Part shown: positions 18,501 through 28,258 of the stretch, one piece after another
Layout of the letters: every line of letters begins with the position of its first letter
Position numbering within the stretch: position 1 is the stretch's first letter
IMG/VR virus record: IMGVR_UViG_3300031689_000007
Coordinates: 1 to 53,965 of that record
Length of the DNA: 53,965 nucleotides
DNA from: a virus
Lineage: Duplodnaviria > Caudoviricetes
Direction: 5' to 3' (one strand)
Position numbers and translations under genes: made by a program
The notes under the pieces: generated by a model
What the model was told of the DNA's origin: nothing
What the model saw: only the letters and a program-made list of their open reading frames with translations
Databases searched by the model: none

Positions 18501-21500
18501 CTGGAAGCTGGTTCAGTTCTGTTATACATCATGTCACTTGCCATATCCACATACTCGGCACGTTTGCTTGGTGATACAGCCTCAACTGAACTCTTAGCAA
18601 CATCCATACTGCCCTCTGGAGTTGACGTAGCCAACAATATCGCTGGAGCGGCCCGTGTGTCTGGGGATGGGGTGAGCATGCCGTTAATGATACGATCTAC
18701 TTCATCAAGTGCAGACTCTGGAGATTTTGGTTTTAAACCTACCAGCTTACGAACGATACGTCTAACCGCACCTGTGAACTTCTCCCAGCCTGACATCTTA
18801 CCGCCGTCTACCCGGGTAAGCGACAAGGCGCTTTGGAACTCAGGGTTACTAAAGGCTTCAGCAACAAACTCATCAAGGTTAGCTGTACCGTACACTTCTC
18901 CAAACTGTTCCCGAACTGCGTTAAACAATGTATTCAACTGCTTAATTTCAGGTAGTTTCGGGTTTGCCAAGGATGCTGAAGTAGCCGCGTGAGTCATCTC
19001 ATGCAGAATAGTATGTACGTTCATACCATTAGTAGCGTCTATAGATATTGTGTTAGTCTCAGGCTCAAACAACCCAGCAGCTTTGCGTCCCATCATTGTA
19101 GATAGATCGTCAACCACCTGCACCTGTGTAGTGCCAGCGACTTCGGCTAACTTACCCGCGATCTGACGGACACGAGGTACTGAGCTTGTAGTGGCTATAG
19201 CATTTAGAACAAATGGTAAGTCGTTCCGTTGTAAAGCGTTACGAATACTTGGGAGCAACGATTGATCTAGCCCATGCACGGGGTCAACAAGTAAGAAACC
19301 CAAACCTCTTGAGTACACGTACCCGTCATACAGACCCATAATTTCTTCGCCTGATATAACTGATTTAGCTTCAGGGTCGTAAACTATAGTTGTAGTTTGT
19401 GGTAGGACGGTTGATACTTTATTGTTCTGCCGTAGTTTAAGACCCGTACCGATAAGATACGATTCAAACGCAGTGCGACCTCTAATCGGTGTAGTTACGC
19501 GGAACAGTTCTGTACCCGACTTTAACTTCGTTGTTTTAACGTCTTTAGCCATAGAACTGTCCGGTGCAAGACGTTCGTTTAGTAGTTCGTTTGCGGCTTT
19601 TAAACGTTCTGCTTCTGCGTATTCTTTTGCAGCTTTGGCTTGTTGTTTTTTCTGGTAGTTATTATCCTTACGGATTATTTCGTTTATGTTTCTAGTCCTA
19701 GCACTCATTATAGCATCAACTGCCATAGCTGGTGCAGTATCACGGCTAGCTATACGACGAGCGTTTATCATCTCTAGTATAGCGCCCCTAGACATGTTTT
19801 TTCGAACCCAACGACGTGCTTTCATAGCTTCAGGCTGTGTAATACCGTTGTAAAAAGCAAACTGAGCAGGGGTAAAGTCCTTTTCAATGTTCTGCGTAAA
19901 CCCGACTGAGCTAACAGCCACGGCACCGATTTCGGCGAGCGCGTCAACAGGTCTGCGGAATCGTTTAAAGAAATTCTTGGCCGCTAGAGCTGATACATCG
20001 TTTTTAAGATCAGCATCCGATATGTTAAGTAACTCGACAATACCTTCTTTGTCTACCGCAGTAGTAACTTCAGGTGCGGACTCCAAATCAATTTGTGTAT
20101 CATGGTACTCTTGAGCTTGAGCTGAACGGCGTCCATCTTCGAATAAAGCGTTAAGTTTTACTTCAGCTTCTTGATTACGGGTATCTTCAGCGGCTTGTAG
20201 TTGTGCTTGTGTCTTTGGATTGCCTTGAAATCTGCGGGGCGGTTTAAGAATTGGATCACCAAGAGGTTCGAGAGTTTGCTTGTTAGTAGGCACTGTGGCA
20301 AATGGCGGTATTCGTTTTTGGGTCAGTGTGCCATCTTGTACCAGCGGTACAGGCGGCTCCGTTACTGTAGCGTCAACTTGTTTAGTAAGGTCTTCAACAG
20401 CTTGTTCTTCGTCAGCTTGCCCCAGCGGTACAGGCGGCTCCGTTACTGTAGCGTCAACTTGTTTAGTAAGGTCTTCAACAGCTTGTTCTGCTTCAACATC
20501 TTGTTCTTCGTTAACATCTTGTTCTTCGTTAACAACAGGAGCTTGCGCCTGTGCAAGTTTTGCTTCCGCTAGAATATCGTTAACCCCTTCTGGGCCCATG
20601 TCTAGAAGTCTAGAAACACTTGCGTTTGCTGTTATAGGGCTTAAAGAATCCCCCTCTGTTATAAGCCCTGCGTCAACAAGGGCTTTTATTCCTGACGGTG
20701 TCACTAACCCCGCCCCGCCAGCGTCACGTAATTTCTGCGCTTTAATTAAAACTTCTTGGACACGAGCAATATCTATTGTAGGCACAACAGGAGCTTGTTC
20801 TGCTCCAACAGCTTGTTCTTCGTTACCAACAGGAGCTTGTTCTGGAGTTTCATCTATTGTAGGCACAACAGTAGCTTGCACCTGTGCAGCGGCTTGTTCT
20901 GCAGCTATATCTTCTAACAACTTCGTTACTTTATCCTTTGTTTCTTTGGGAGCACTGGATTCATCTTTGAACCTCTCTAGTTGTTTTATTACTTTAGGGT
21001 CAGTAATGGGTAGGCCAACTATATCCCTCGGTTTAGCCGTACGTAAAGGCGACTTGTCACTAATACCTAAATCGTCAAGTAGCTTGGTAGTTATAACAGT
21101 AGGTGTAGTGACGGGTGTCACTCCTAAAAGTTTGTCTGCTTCTGCTTCTATTGCGGCTTGAGCTTCTTGTTCTGGAGTTTCATCTATTGTAGGCACAACA
21201 GGGTTTTTAGGTATTCTATCCCCACGTTCGCCTAGTCCTGTAGCACGTATGCCACCACCGAGTAGAGCTCCTGCAATAGCGGCTTCACGGTACTCTGCAA
21301 TAGCCTCGTCGCTGTCTATAGATAAGCCAGCTTGTGATCGCTCCAGCATTTGCTGGCCAACTTCAGTCAAACCCTCGGTGGTACCACCAGCACCTGCACG
21401 AGAAGTTGTACGAGTAAGTAACCCTTTCCAACCTGTTTTACTAGAACCTAGTGGTTTTAATAGTCTAAACCCACCGAATAACACCCTATCCGCAACACCT

Positions 21501-22162
21501 TCAAGTGCAGCTTGGCCGAAAGTAGCAGTCAACGCATCGCCTACATCGACTCTGTCTTTTGCACCGCTAGCGACTTCGTCTTCTTGACGTTGAATGTTGT
21601 TACCAAACAGAATCGGCGCGGTTACAGCGGCGGCGGCACTTGCACCTATGATGAATGGCGCGGCGACACCTGTAGCGCCCGCTATAACAGGGGCAGCGAG
21701 GGCAGCCCCAAGACCAAGACCTAACTGTGGGATTTGCTCACCTACAACTTCACCTGCATATGTTAACGCCGACCCAATACTATTAACGTCGGTAGACTGC
21801 ATACGCTCAGGTTGTACAAGAGATAGTAGCCCTCGTTCTTGACGGCCACGTTCTTCTACACCTGTACCGTACTCTTCGAGAAATCCAAGCCCAGTCTGCT
21901 CTCCGATAGTTCCGATTGTCTCGCCAAAGGCTTCTTTAACTTGTTTTCTACCCCTTGCAAGGCTACGACCTACTGCAGTGCCATCGTCAAAAGGTTCAGG
22001 AGCTTCGCCAAATACACTTGTGTATTCTTTGTCTATCCGTGTTCTGTCTTGACCAAGAATCTGAGTTATTTGCGCAAACTCAGTGTTTGAGGGTGCGTTA
22101 CCCGCTATAGTAAACTCGTATAACTGCCCTGTCTGCGGGTCTTCAAAGTTAAAAATGCCCAT
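15539..22162 (-). CDS. Giant internal virion/ejection protein with zincin (HExxH) domain
   Basis: 2207 aa; Gly/Ala hydrophobic N-terminal region; ILHEMTH...DEFVAE; last gene of the structural arm. Confidence 0.8.
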   Translation of the reverse strand: MGIFNFEDPQTGQLYEFTIAGNAPSNTEFAQITQILGQDRTRIDKEYTSVFGEAPEPFDDGTAVGRSLARGRKQVKEAFGETIGTIGEQTGLGFLEEYGTGVEERGRQERGLLSLVQPERMQSTDVNSIGSALTYAGEVVGEQIPQLGLGLGAALAAPVIAGATGVAAPFIIGASAAAAVTAPILFGNNIQRQEDEVASGAKDRVDVGDALTATFGQAALEGVADRVLFGGFRLLKPLGSSKTGWKGLLTRTTSRAGAGGTTEGLTEVGQQMLERSQAGLSIDSDEAIAEYREAAIAGALLGGGIRATGLGERGDRIPKNPVVPTIDETPEQEAQAAIEAEADKLLGVTPVTTPTVITTKLLDDLGISDKSPLRTAKPRDIVGLPITDPKVIKQLERFKDESSAPKETKDKVTKLLEDIAAEQAAAQVQATVVPTIDETPEQAPVGNEEQAVGAEQAPVVPTIDIARVQEVLIKAQKLRDAGGAGLVTPSGIKALVDAGLITEGDSLSPITANASVSRLLDMGPEGVNDILAEAKLAQAQAPVVNEEQDVNEEQDVEAEQAVEDLTKQVDATVTEPPVPLGQADEEQAVEDLTKQVDATVTEPPVPLVQDGTLTQKRIPPFATVPTNKQTLEPLGDPILKPPRRFQGNPKTQAQLQAAEDTRNQEAEVKLNALFEDGRRSAQAQEYHDTQIDLESAPEVTTAVDKEGIVELLNISDADLKNDVSALAAKNFFKRFRRPVDALAEIGAVAVSSVGFTQNIEKDFTPAQFAFYNGITQPEAMKARRWVRKNMSRGAILEMINARRIASRDTAPAMAVDAIMSARTRNINEIIRKDNNYQKKQQAKAAKEYAEAERLKAANELLNERLAPDSSMAKDVKTTKLKSGTELFRVTTPIRGRTAFESYLIGTGLKLRQNNKVSTVLPQTTTIVYDPEAKSVISGEEIMGLYDGYVYSRGLGFLLVDPVHGLDQSLLPSIRNALQRNDLPFVLNAIATTSSVPRVRQIAGKLAEVAGTTQVQVVDDLSTMMGRKAAGLFEPETNTISIDATNGMNVHTILHEMTHAATSASLANPKLPEIKQLNTLFNAVREQFGEVYGTANLDEFVAEAFSNPEFQSALSLTRVDGGKMSGWEKFTGAVRRIVRKLVGLKPKSPESALDEVDRIINGMLTPSPDTRAAPAILLATSTPEGSMDVAKSSVEAVSPSKRAEYVDMASDMMYNRTEPASRGIKNIILGSLDSRILADIAKKKIPYAPELNILIRKMSGAMRARNDALDAMTNNYVSWTRKNKAATKIMNNLIPKSTALRVDPSKPRSYYSSYRAAYSDIIAKKSVVKEFKSEQARTAWVENFNKNHEEAKTTKAKNMKDPDQKDLVAYDALRKQYKAMGKEGQAFYRQMRNFFQDTYDEILPALRARLEASIADPKTRATAFEKLSDILMKESGIIKPYFPLMRKGKHRLQYDFIDENGQREMAVEYYQNRRQLDKAFKLAEQNIAVDVAAGKLEASVKPVYTRADQNMDFKAVPSSSFVYEILQTMELSRNNFKDPKSYNDAVQSVVDLALDAMPERSFMQGFRRRKDVRGYIGDKTPTKIGDTEFDAVTMMKEKGRDLNRQIVQIQAAAEIEKFRNKLKEDNFLTNPETADIARKLDQIAAFAQKPNVPRWSQVANGVGFNMTMGMNFSSAAITFFDVAMSAMPFISAEYGVGKTAAAYGEATRLIMNAPKTRGIMVSGPDNKPIEQEVKMGIIGKSSFNYTFEQLPPAMQKIRADILFGMAADQGQSNQSMVQESLEIGRDAPLEGINRWTSGMFHHSERVNRETTLTASYALEVRKLQAEGKQLTDQDYRDAAQKAIETTEFTLGSTAAAGRPVWAQTGVGNVLFLFKRFAIAKYYMMYKLGHDSIGPTNVAKIMQDMGVTEAEAQQIRKDRKLARVGLRNFLISTGVMAGAGGMPMMGTFGVIYNMLRDDDEDDFESALRKFTGEGIYGGLANELLGIDVANRISLNSLLYRPPLVEKDQSPLWTFAEQIGGPVLGITLSGLRGGGEARQGFVDGDMQAVRRGVETVVPAAIRNFLKGIRFYNEGATTRRGDPITEDINAYNAAMQALGFAPQAYIQQLEFNKNARRREEAVSSVRTKLLRRRNMALRNGDREGVQEADRLISKYNEGLPRGAEKSRIGTKAKERSQRSFERTTSNMTGGMTYTPFMQSVVEDYDKGFQGF
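20341..20489. repeat. About 68-bp exact direct repeat, period 81 nt (EEQAVEDLTKQVDATVTEPPVPL-type unit x2)
   Basis: Copies start at 20341 and 20422. Confidence 0.9.
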
Positions 22163-24220
22163 TTACCCTACCTTAGTTAAATCATTGCGAATGACCCCAT
22201 CAGAACTGCTACCGGAACCAAACATACCCATACTAAGTTCATATCTATCTACTAACTGTCTTAGTGCGTTTTGGGCCTTAGTTAGTTTGCGTGAAGCGGT
22301 AGTTTTTTCGATCGTAGTTTTTGCATTAGCAAGAGCGTCTTGTGCGCTGTCAATTTGTTTTTGGTAAAAGCTCAACGCGGCAGCAGCAGGTGCTTTTATA
22401 CCCGACGTCTTCTTGTTAGCAGCTGCTATACGGGCATCGGTAAGTTTTTCGTCTGACGCTATCTTACGTTCGGCTAAATCAGTTTTCTTAGAGTTTGCGT
22501 AGGCCGCAAGGCCAGCCGATCCTGCTTTAGCAAAATCACCGGTACCCATCAGCGTGAGGCCAGCTTGCGCTAAAGCCAACCACTTATCTTGGTTCATATT
22601 TTGTGCAGTAGACTTAAAGGTTTGTTTAGCATCACCACCGCCTTCACCACCGCCTTCGCCACCTGCCGGTAAAATCTTTTTCTTAGATGCAACACTTGCA
22701 AGCCCAGATTTGTTAATCATACTAGCTTCACGCAGTCTTGCAGGCTCGGCTTCGGCTTTGGCTTTGGCTTCGGCTTCGGCTTTGGCTTTGGCTTGATTTG
22801 TCTCGTAGAGGAACTTATTAAACGCCACAGCTGGGTCTTCTGCACCAAACGTTGTCTTAACAGCGTTGTCTAACCGTTGTACAAAGCCGGGCCCAGTAAG
22901 GGACTGTCCCATAACTACATCTTCGTCCATAGCGTCGCCCGCTATACGTTTAGCATTTTTAGCTCTAGCAAAAGCTTCTTGTTCTTTAATGTCGTTCGCT
23001 ATACCACGTTCTATCGAAAGCCGATTAGAATACTCCGCGAACATTTCAGCTTCGTTTGTAGTGTCATCGTCATTTTCATACTTTTCACGTAAGGATAACG
23101 GACTGTTAGCTTGTATAAAATTACCCTTGTCATCAAGGATATCAGTATAGATTTGTCCCGGTGGAGTGTACGTATCACTTTGTTGGAACTCTCGACTACG
23201 GTCAAGCATGTTTGTAATAGCAGGTATACCACCTTCATTGTAGTAACCTCCTGCTAAGTACGCCTGCCTAGCTTGTTCAGCTGCTTGTTCAGATAGAGAT
23301 GTGTAAGAGTTAGGCATACTTTGCTCCTGTGCCCTGCGCAGCTCTTCCGCACGTATAGCCTCTTTACTTTTAGTTTTGCGTTGGAAGCCCGCTGATCCTT
23401 GAGCGTTGGGGTCAGCAGTACCATCAGCAAGAGCATCAGCAGATACATTAGGTGCAGTCTCCACAACAGAACCCTCTGCAAAGATAGGATCATTTGCATC
23501 GTATCCTCTTAGGTTACGCTGCGTCTCGGCGCGTTGTGCAAAATCATAGTCTTCGCCGAAATTCATTGCATCCATGTCCGCTTGTTTACCAAGCTCCCGA
23601 TTGGTTGGGTCAGTAAACCATTTCTTTAATATATCATTACTGCGTTCTAATTCTAACTCCTCCAATCCGGTCTTCTCCGGAGTCGTGATTTTTGTTTGAA
23701 AAGCCGCATCACCATTCGGATTTAATCTTGTTTCGTATTGCGACCCCAAAGCCAGCGCCATCTGAGCAAGCATTTCTGGGTCATTTTTGTACTGTTCGTA
23801 TATGTGTGGGTAATTTACACTTAAATTGTACACATCCTCCGACATCTTACCACCGGGAGCTAGGCGCATGATGCCACCACCAGCCATACGTTGAGGTTGG
23901 TTAGGTTGTGCAGGAAGTCCCGCTGCTTGTACGTTTGGCACACCAGTATTCTGTGTCATATCAGTTTTAGGTGCCAAAGATTGTGCAACTTGAGCGATGC
24001 CTTGCTGTGGTACGCCCGCTGCGGATACAGCTTCTTGTGCAACAGTAGGCTGCATAAGCCCCTCTTGTTTCTGTGCATCAGCTCTAATACGCTTCCGACG
24101 TTCGATCTCACCCAGTACCATGAACTGAGGCGCAGAACCCGAAGGCCGCTGCATTTCTTGTATTAACTGGCCTTCAGAGAAATTCTTTAGTTTGTCTTGG
24201 GTGTCGATCATATTAAGCAT
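22163..24220 (-). CDS. Internal virion (ejection) protein
   Basis: 685 aa, Q/A-rich; ALAQAGLTLM segment; located in the ejection module. Confidence 0.7.
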   Translation of the reverse strand: MLNMIDTQDKLKNFSEGQLIQEMQRPSGSAPQFMVLGEIERRKRIRADAQKQEGLMQPTVAQEAVSAAGVPQQGIAQVAQSLAPKTDMTQNTGVPNVQAAGLPAQPNQPQRMAGGGIMRLAPGGKMSEDVYNLSVNYPHIYEQYKNDPEMLAQMALALGSQYETRLNPNGDAAFQTKITTPEKTGLEELELERSNDILKKWFTDPTNRELGKQADMDAMNFGEDYDFAQRAETQRNLRGYDANDPIFAEGSVVETAPNVSADALADGTADPNAQGSAGFQRKTKSKEAIRAEELRRAQEQSMPNSYTSLSEQAAEQARQAYLAGGYYNEGGIPAITNMLDRSREFQQSDTYTPPGQIYTDILDDKGNFIQANSPLSLREKYENDDDTTNEAEMFAEYSNRLSIERGIANDIKEQEAFARAKNAKRIAGDAMDEDVVMGQSLTGPGFVQRLDNAVKTTFGAEDPAVAFNKFLYETNQAKAKAEAEAKAKAEAEPARLREASMINKSGLASVASKKKILPAGGEGGGEGGGDAKQTFKSTAQNMNQDKWLALAQAGLTLMGTGDFAKAGSAGLAAYANSKKTDLAERKIASDEKLTDARIAAANKKTSGIKAPAAAALSFYQKQIDSAQDALANAKTTIEKTTASRKLTKAQNALRQLVDRYELSMGMFGSGSSSDGVIRNDLTKVG

Positions 24221-25263
24221 TAGCCGAAAGCCTTATATAGTGATAATCCAGAAAGACCGGCACCAACCGCTTGTTGGAACGCGCCGGGCTGCTGCGTCTG
24301 AGCAGTTTGAGTACCTGTTTGAGTACCTGTCGCAGCAATAGGCATACCCGATAGAATACCGGTCATGTTGCCGATCTGCTCGCGAGTGTAACCTTGTTGC
24401 TCAAGGTAGTTTGAATAGTCTAAATCGAGCCCTGCTTGACCTTCAGCTTGTCGAGCTTGACCAACACCTTCAAGTAGCTGTGTGTCTTGTATATCTGTCT
24501 GACGTTCTAACTGACCCAGACGAGAAAGCTCTGCACCCATCCCTGTACCGGCTCTAAGTGCTGCAAGTCCTTGACCCGCACCGAATTGATCTGAGGCTTC
24601 GGCACCAGTCTGTACCCGTCCAAGTTCAGCGGCACGGCGTTGCTCTGCAGTCATTTGAGCAGCTCTATCGGCACCGAATTGTTTCGACGCCGCTGCAAAT
24701 GCGCCCTGTGATCCTTTAGCTTGAATGCCTGCTAGTTGGCCCAAGAGCTGTTCTTCTGCGAGCCCTTGCTGCACCGCTTGTCGTGACCCACCGAATGCAC
24801 CAGCATTAACTGCTTTAGTATCGCGAGCGCCTTGAAGCCGGTTAAAGTCTGTAACTGCTGATTCTTTTTGTTGGTCAGTTACTAACTGCTGATACGGGGA
24901 CATGTACTGAGATACTGCATCGCCAGTAAACATAGTTGGATCAGAGTAACCAAACTGTGAATAATTGTCAGCATTATAGTTACCAAGCTCGTTGGCTCGG
25001 TCCATACCTGCAGTGGCATTGTTTTGCGCAGTTTCCAGTCCGGGAATGCCAGAACCTACAATACCTTCAACCATTTCACGTGACTGAGTCACATTTGGAT
25101 CAGTACCCGCTAGGCGTTCGCCTCTATAGGGGTCGTAAGGTTTACCAAACTCAGCTTCGGCCCGTGCAATATTCCGCTCAAAATAAGGCTTTGCCCATGC
25201 TGGCAAGTCGTTCTGTCGCGAACTTGTACTTGTATTTTCTACTGTTTTGCTGCCACCACACAT
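24220..25263 (-). CDS. DNA-transfer/pilot-like virion protein
   Basis: YMSPYQQ.V and AGAFGGSR motifs; glycine-zipper C-terminus; begins MCGG. Confidence 0.75.
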   Translation of the reverse strand: MCGGSKTVENTSTSSRQNDLPAWAKPYFERNIARAEAEFGKPYDPYRGERLAGTDPNVTQSREMVEGIVGSGIPGLETAQNNATAGMDRANELGNYNADNYSQFGYSDPTMFTGDAVSQYMSPYQQLVTDQQKESAVTDFNRLQGARDTKAVNAGAFGGSRQAVQQGLAEEQLLGQLAGIQAKGSQGAFAAASKQFGADRAAQMTAEQRRAAELGRVQTGAEASDQFGAGQGLAALRAGTGMGAELSRLGQLERQTDIQDTQLLEGVGQARQAEGQAGLDLDYSNYLEQQGYTREQIGNMTGILSGMPIAATGTQTGTQTAQTQQPGAFQQAVGAGLSGLSLYKAFG

Positions 25264-25274
25264 AGGTTAGCTCC

Positions 25275-26903
25275 TTATGCTGTCTTTGCCATGTACTCGC
25301 GCACTACACGTGGCGCATCGTTTTCGGCTTCGTTTATAGTGTCGAGGAACCCGCCACCGTATTTTTTCTCAAGTGCGTCTGCAGTCTTCTTGCGAAGCAC
25401 AAACTCTCCGTCTGCAAGTAACACATCCTGCTGGCCTTCAAGAGATGCAGGTACTTTATCATCAACACCCGAACCATCGCCCGGACCGTTGACTTCACCA
25501 GCTTCGCCGTTGGCGAAACGTTCTACTGTGTCGTCTAGCTCACCAGACTTCACTTTCTCGACTAGGTCTCTAAGAGCTTCTTCGCCGTAGTTAGCTAGGA
25601 ACTGACCCAACACGATGGATGCTTGTTCTTCAGACATATCACCTTTTACAGCACTAACTGCATCTGCGATCATATCTTTTTCGTTGCCACCTTCTGATGG
25701 AGCTACTTCAAGCTCACCGCCTTCAGCAAAGTTCGCAGCCCCCTGCATCTTTGCAAGGCCGGGATAGAGCTGGTCACCACCAAAGGGTATAATGTTGAAT
25801 GGGAAAGGGCTTCCATCAATCGACGTTAAATCTACTGGCATCTGCGTCGGCGGCCGCCGACTGTCGCTCGCGAACGGGAGGTCTGAGATTCCGCCACCAT
25901 TAAATGTATACCGTTCTTTCATGTTGACTTCTTCTAGGAAATTATCCTTCTTTTGCTCAAAGCCAGAATCGCCGTATTCACCCTCTAGGTAGTTACCGTA
26001 CTGCTGTAAAGGCTCGCTATAGCTAGGGGCGTCCGGCCCAAAGTTACCTATAGATAAAGGCCTGCCTATACCACCACCACGCTTGGTCATATACCCACCC
26101 ATAGCCATCGGAGCGGGGCGCATCTTGTAAGCAAGTAACTGTTCATAGCTTGGGTTAATTAGGAATCTAGATGACATAGGGTCACTAGGGTCGTAGTCAG
26201 GGTTTGGAACCGACTCAAACGCACCTAACGCAGCTTGCTTAGACATATCAGACGCTCCTGCAATTCCCGGACCACCTGAGTCCTTACCTTCTGGCACCCT
26301 AACTGTCGGCGCAGGGGCCCCGTTAAAGTTAAAGTCAGAATTGCCGCCCCCTACCCTACTTTCATTTTCTTCTGCTGTAGATATTTTCCTATCTGGGTCA
26401 ATACCTAACCTATCTTCATATGCCTGAGCAGCTCTTTCTTCTGGACTGCCAGAGTTTGGACCAGAAAACAGATTTTTAAGACTTGTGCCAAACGAATTTT
26501 TCTCTCCACCGGTGTCGGTGCTTAGACCACTAGAAGCCGCCTCCTGTGCACTGTTCCCTACTACTCCACCGATAAGCCCGGGAAGCCCACCAGTCAACGC
26601 GCCAAAAATACCTGACTGAACTAGACGGTCATTGTATTGTTTAGTCTCGTTAGAGGGTATATTAAACGTACCTCCTTGGCCGTCAGACACTTGTACGTTC
26701 GTAACACCGGAGTTTGACCCCGGAGCGACAGCTTGGCCGTAGGTATCTCGCTTGTTTTGCATTGTCAGGACGCCATCTCTATACTCAAACCCGTCGCCGC
26801 CAGTAAGAAGATTAGCTAAACCTTCTGTAAAACTGTTGCCAGAGCCTTTTTTCTTGTTATTATCTTCGCTATCCGCGCTTCCTAAATCACCACCACCACA
26901 CAT
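25275..26903 (-). CDS. Internal virion protein
   Basis: Begins MCGG; Gly-rich; C-terminal GPGDG..DDKVPA...LADGEFV motif. Confidence 0.7.
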   Translation of the reverse strand: MCGGGDLGSADSEDNNKKKGSGNSFTEGLANLLTGGDGFEYRDGVLTMQNKRDTYGQAVAPGSNSGVTNVQVSDGQGGTFNIPSNETKQYNDRLVQSGIFGALTGGLPGLIGGVVGNSAQEAASSGLSTDTGGEKNSFGTSLKNLFSGPNSGSPEERAAQAYEDRLGIDPDRKISTAEENESRVGGGNSDFNFNGAPAPTVRVPEGKDSGGPGIAGASDMSKQAALGAFESVPNPDYDPSDPMSSRFLINPSYEQLLAYKMRPAPMAMGGYMTKRGGGIGRPLSIGNFGPDAPSYSEPLQQYGNYLEGEYGDSGFEQKKDNFLEEVNMKERYTFNGGGISDLPFASDSRRPPTQMPVDLTSIDGSPFPFNIIPFGGDQLYPGLAKMQGAANFAEGGELEVAPSEGGNEKDMIADAVSAVKGDMSEEQASIVLGQFLANYGEEALRDLVEKVKSGELDDTVERFANGEAGEVNGPGDGSGVDDKVPASLEGQQDVLLADGEFVLRKKTADALEKKYGGGFLDTINEAENDAPRVVREYMAKTA

Positions 26904-26932
26904 ATAAAGACTCCTATTCTAAACTTGTTGCG

Positions 26933-27391
26933 CTATTCTACTACACGTTGCTTATAATTTCCACCCACAACATCATATCCTAGTTTTTGTAACATTGCGC
27001 CGGTTTTGTCAGCGCTTAGACCACTAGAAATCCCCATGTATATCTCTGCAGCGTTACGTTCTTTTGCCCATTTTTCGAAGGCTCGTAGCAACTGCAGTCC
27101 AACACGAGAACCCCTGCTTTGTGCAGATACATACCACACTGTGTCGGACGCTATCAAGTCAGTACCGAAATAATGCTCCCCTATAGACCCGAGAAGGATA
27201 CTATTAAGCTCACCATCAAAAGTGCCCACGTAGGCAAAGCGCGTATCTGGGTTGGTCATAAAGTCATATATTAACCGCCCACACTTGTTTGGGTCATAAT
27301 TAAAATGCTGATAGACACTCTCTTGGTGCATCTGGAAACCAAGGTCGATAGCTCCCGGCAAGTCTTTTGGTTCTATAGGGCGTATAGGCAT
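26933..27391 (-). CDS. GNAT-family acetyltransferase
   Basis: IRP..PKD, WYVSAQSRGSRVG..LL acyl-CoA-binding motif, KLGY. Confidence 0.85.
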   Translation of the reverse strand: MPIRPIEPKDLPGAIDLGFQMHQESVYQHFNYDPNKCGRLIYDFMTNPDTRFAYVGTFDGELNSILLGSIGEHYFGTDLIASDTVWYVSAQSRGSRVGLQLLRAFEKWAKERNAAEIYMGISSGLSADKTGAMLQKLGYDVVGGNYKQRVVE

Positions 27392-27392
27392 C

Positions 27393-27908
27393 TTAGTCTA
27401 GCATCTCCAAAGCTTGTTCTAACGTTTCTTTGTTACGCCTAGTCCAGCCTCGTCCAAAGGTTTCAAAGGTCTTTAAACTCTTGTAGAAGTCCTGACGTAC
27501 ATCGTGAACATACTCAATAATAAATTTAGGGTCTTTTTCCATGACCAGTGCAAGTGTAGCGGGGCCAATGGCTCCGTCTTGCGTAGCGCCCACTGCTCGT
27601 TGCACAGCCTTTGCAGGTCTACCTGAACCGGAATTTACGGCCCAATCAAAGCAGGCCCAGTCTAATCCAGAACTAAGTAAATCTCCTTTAACCCGGTCCC
27701 AGTAGTTTTTCTTGTATATCGGCCCTACATCATCCGGTGTTAGGTCACGCATTTCTTGTTCAGTAGATTCCCGCTCAATCCACTCGTCGTACACCTTTTT
27801 AGTGACTCCCAAATTTGTGATACCTCCGGGATCATCTGGATGATTTACAAATCCCCCTTCGTGTTTCAACAACATTTTTAAACACTTATCAAAGTTTTCT
27901 GCGCTCAT
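27393..27908 (-). CDS. Endolysin, glycoside hydrolase 108 with peptidoglycan-binding region
   Basis: HEGGFVNHPDDPGGITNLGVT, DGAIGPAT, FGRGWTRR. Confidence 0.93.
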   Translation of the reverse strand: MSAENFDKCLKMLLKHEGGFVNHPDDPGGITNLGVTKKVYDEWIERESTEQEMRDLTPDDVGPIYKKNYWDRVKGDLLSSGLDWACFDWAVNSGSGRPAKAVQRAVGATQDGAIGPATLALVMEKDPKFIIEYVHDVRQDFYKSLKTFETFGRGWTRRNKETLEQALEMLD

Positions 27909-28258
27909 TTTTTGCTCCCAAAGAATTTACTTACGCCACGCATACCAATGCTCGCACTAACTATACCGCCAAGACTATACTGGTACCAATCAGGCATAAC
28001 TTCTAGTGCCACAAAACCACGTTGCACGATGTCATTACCCCAATCCCCACAGAACGCCAAAATAAGGGGAATACTGAACAAAAGTGTAATCCATTCATCC
28101 TTCCAACTATTCTGTGTAGCTTTCATAGCTTCGATATCCCAGTCTATTTCACCTGTAGCTATCTTCATCTTAGTTTCGGCTTCTGCTTTCTTTACAACAG
28201 TCTTTCCGTCGATAAATGCTGTAGCTAATCCTGCTACACTATTAATAATACCTAGCAT
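27905..28258 (-). CDS. Putative holin
   Basis: SWKDEW, two hydrophobic segments, P.WYQY; adjacent to endolysin. Confidence 0.7.
   Translation of the reverse strand: MLGIINSVAGLATAFIDGKTVVKKAEAETKMKIATGEIDWDIEAMKATQNSWKDEWITLLFSIPLILAFCGDWGNDIVQRGFVALEVMPDWYQYSLGGIVSASIGMRGVSKFFGSKK

Noticed and set aside
22745-22793. Hexamer microsatellite as a phase-variation switch
   Set aside because: The unit is a multiple of 3 and encodes an AKAKAEAE helix, so slippage would not shift the frame.
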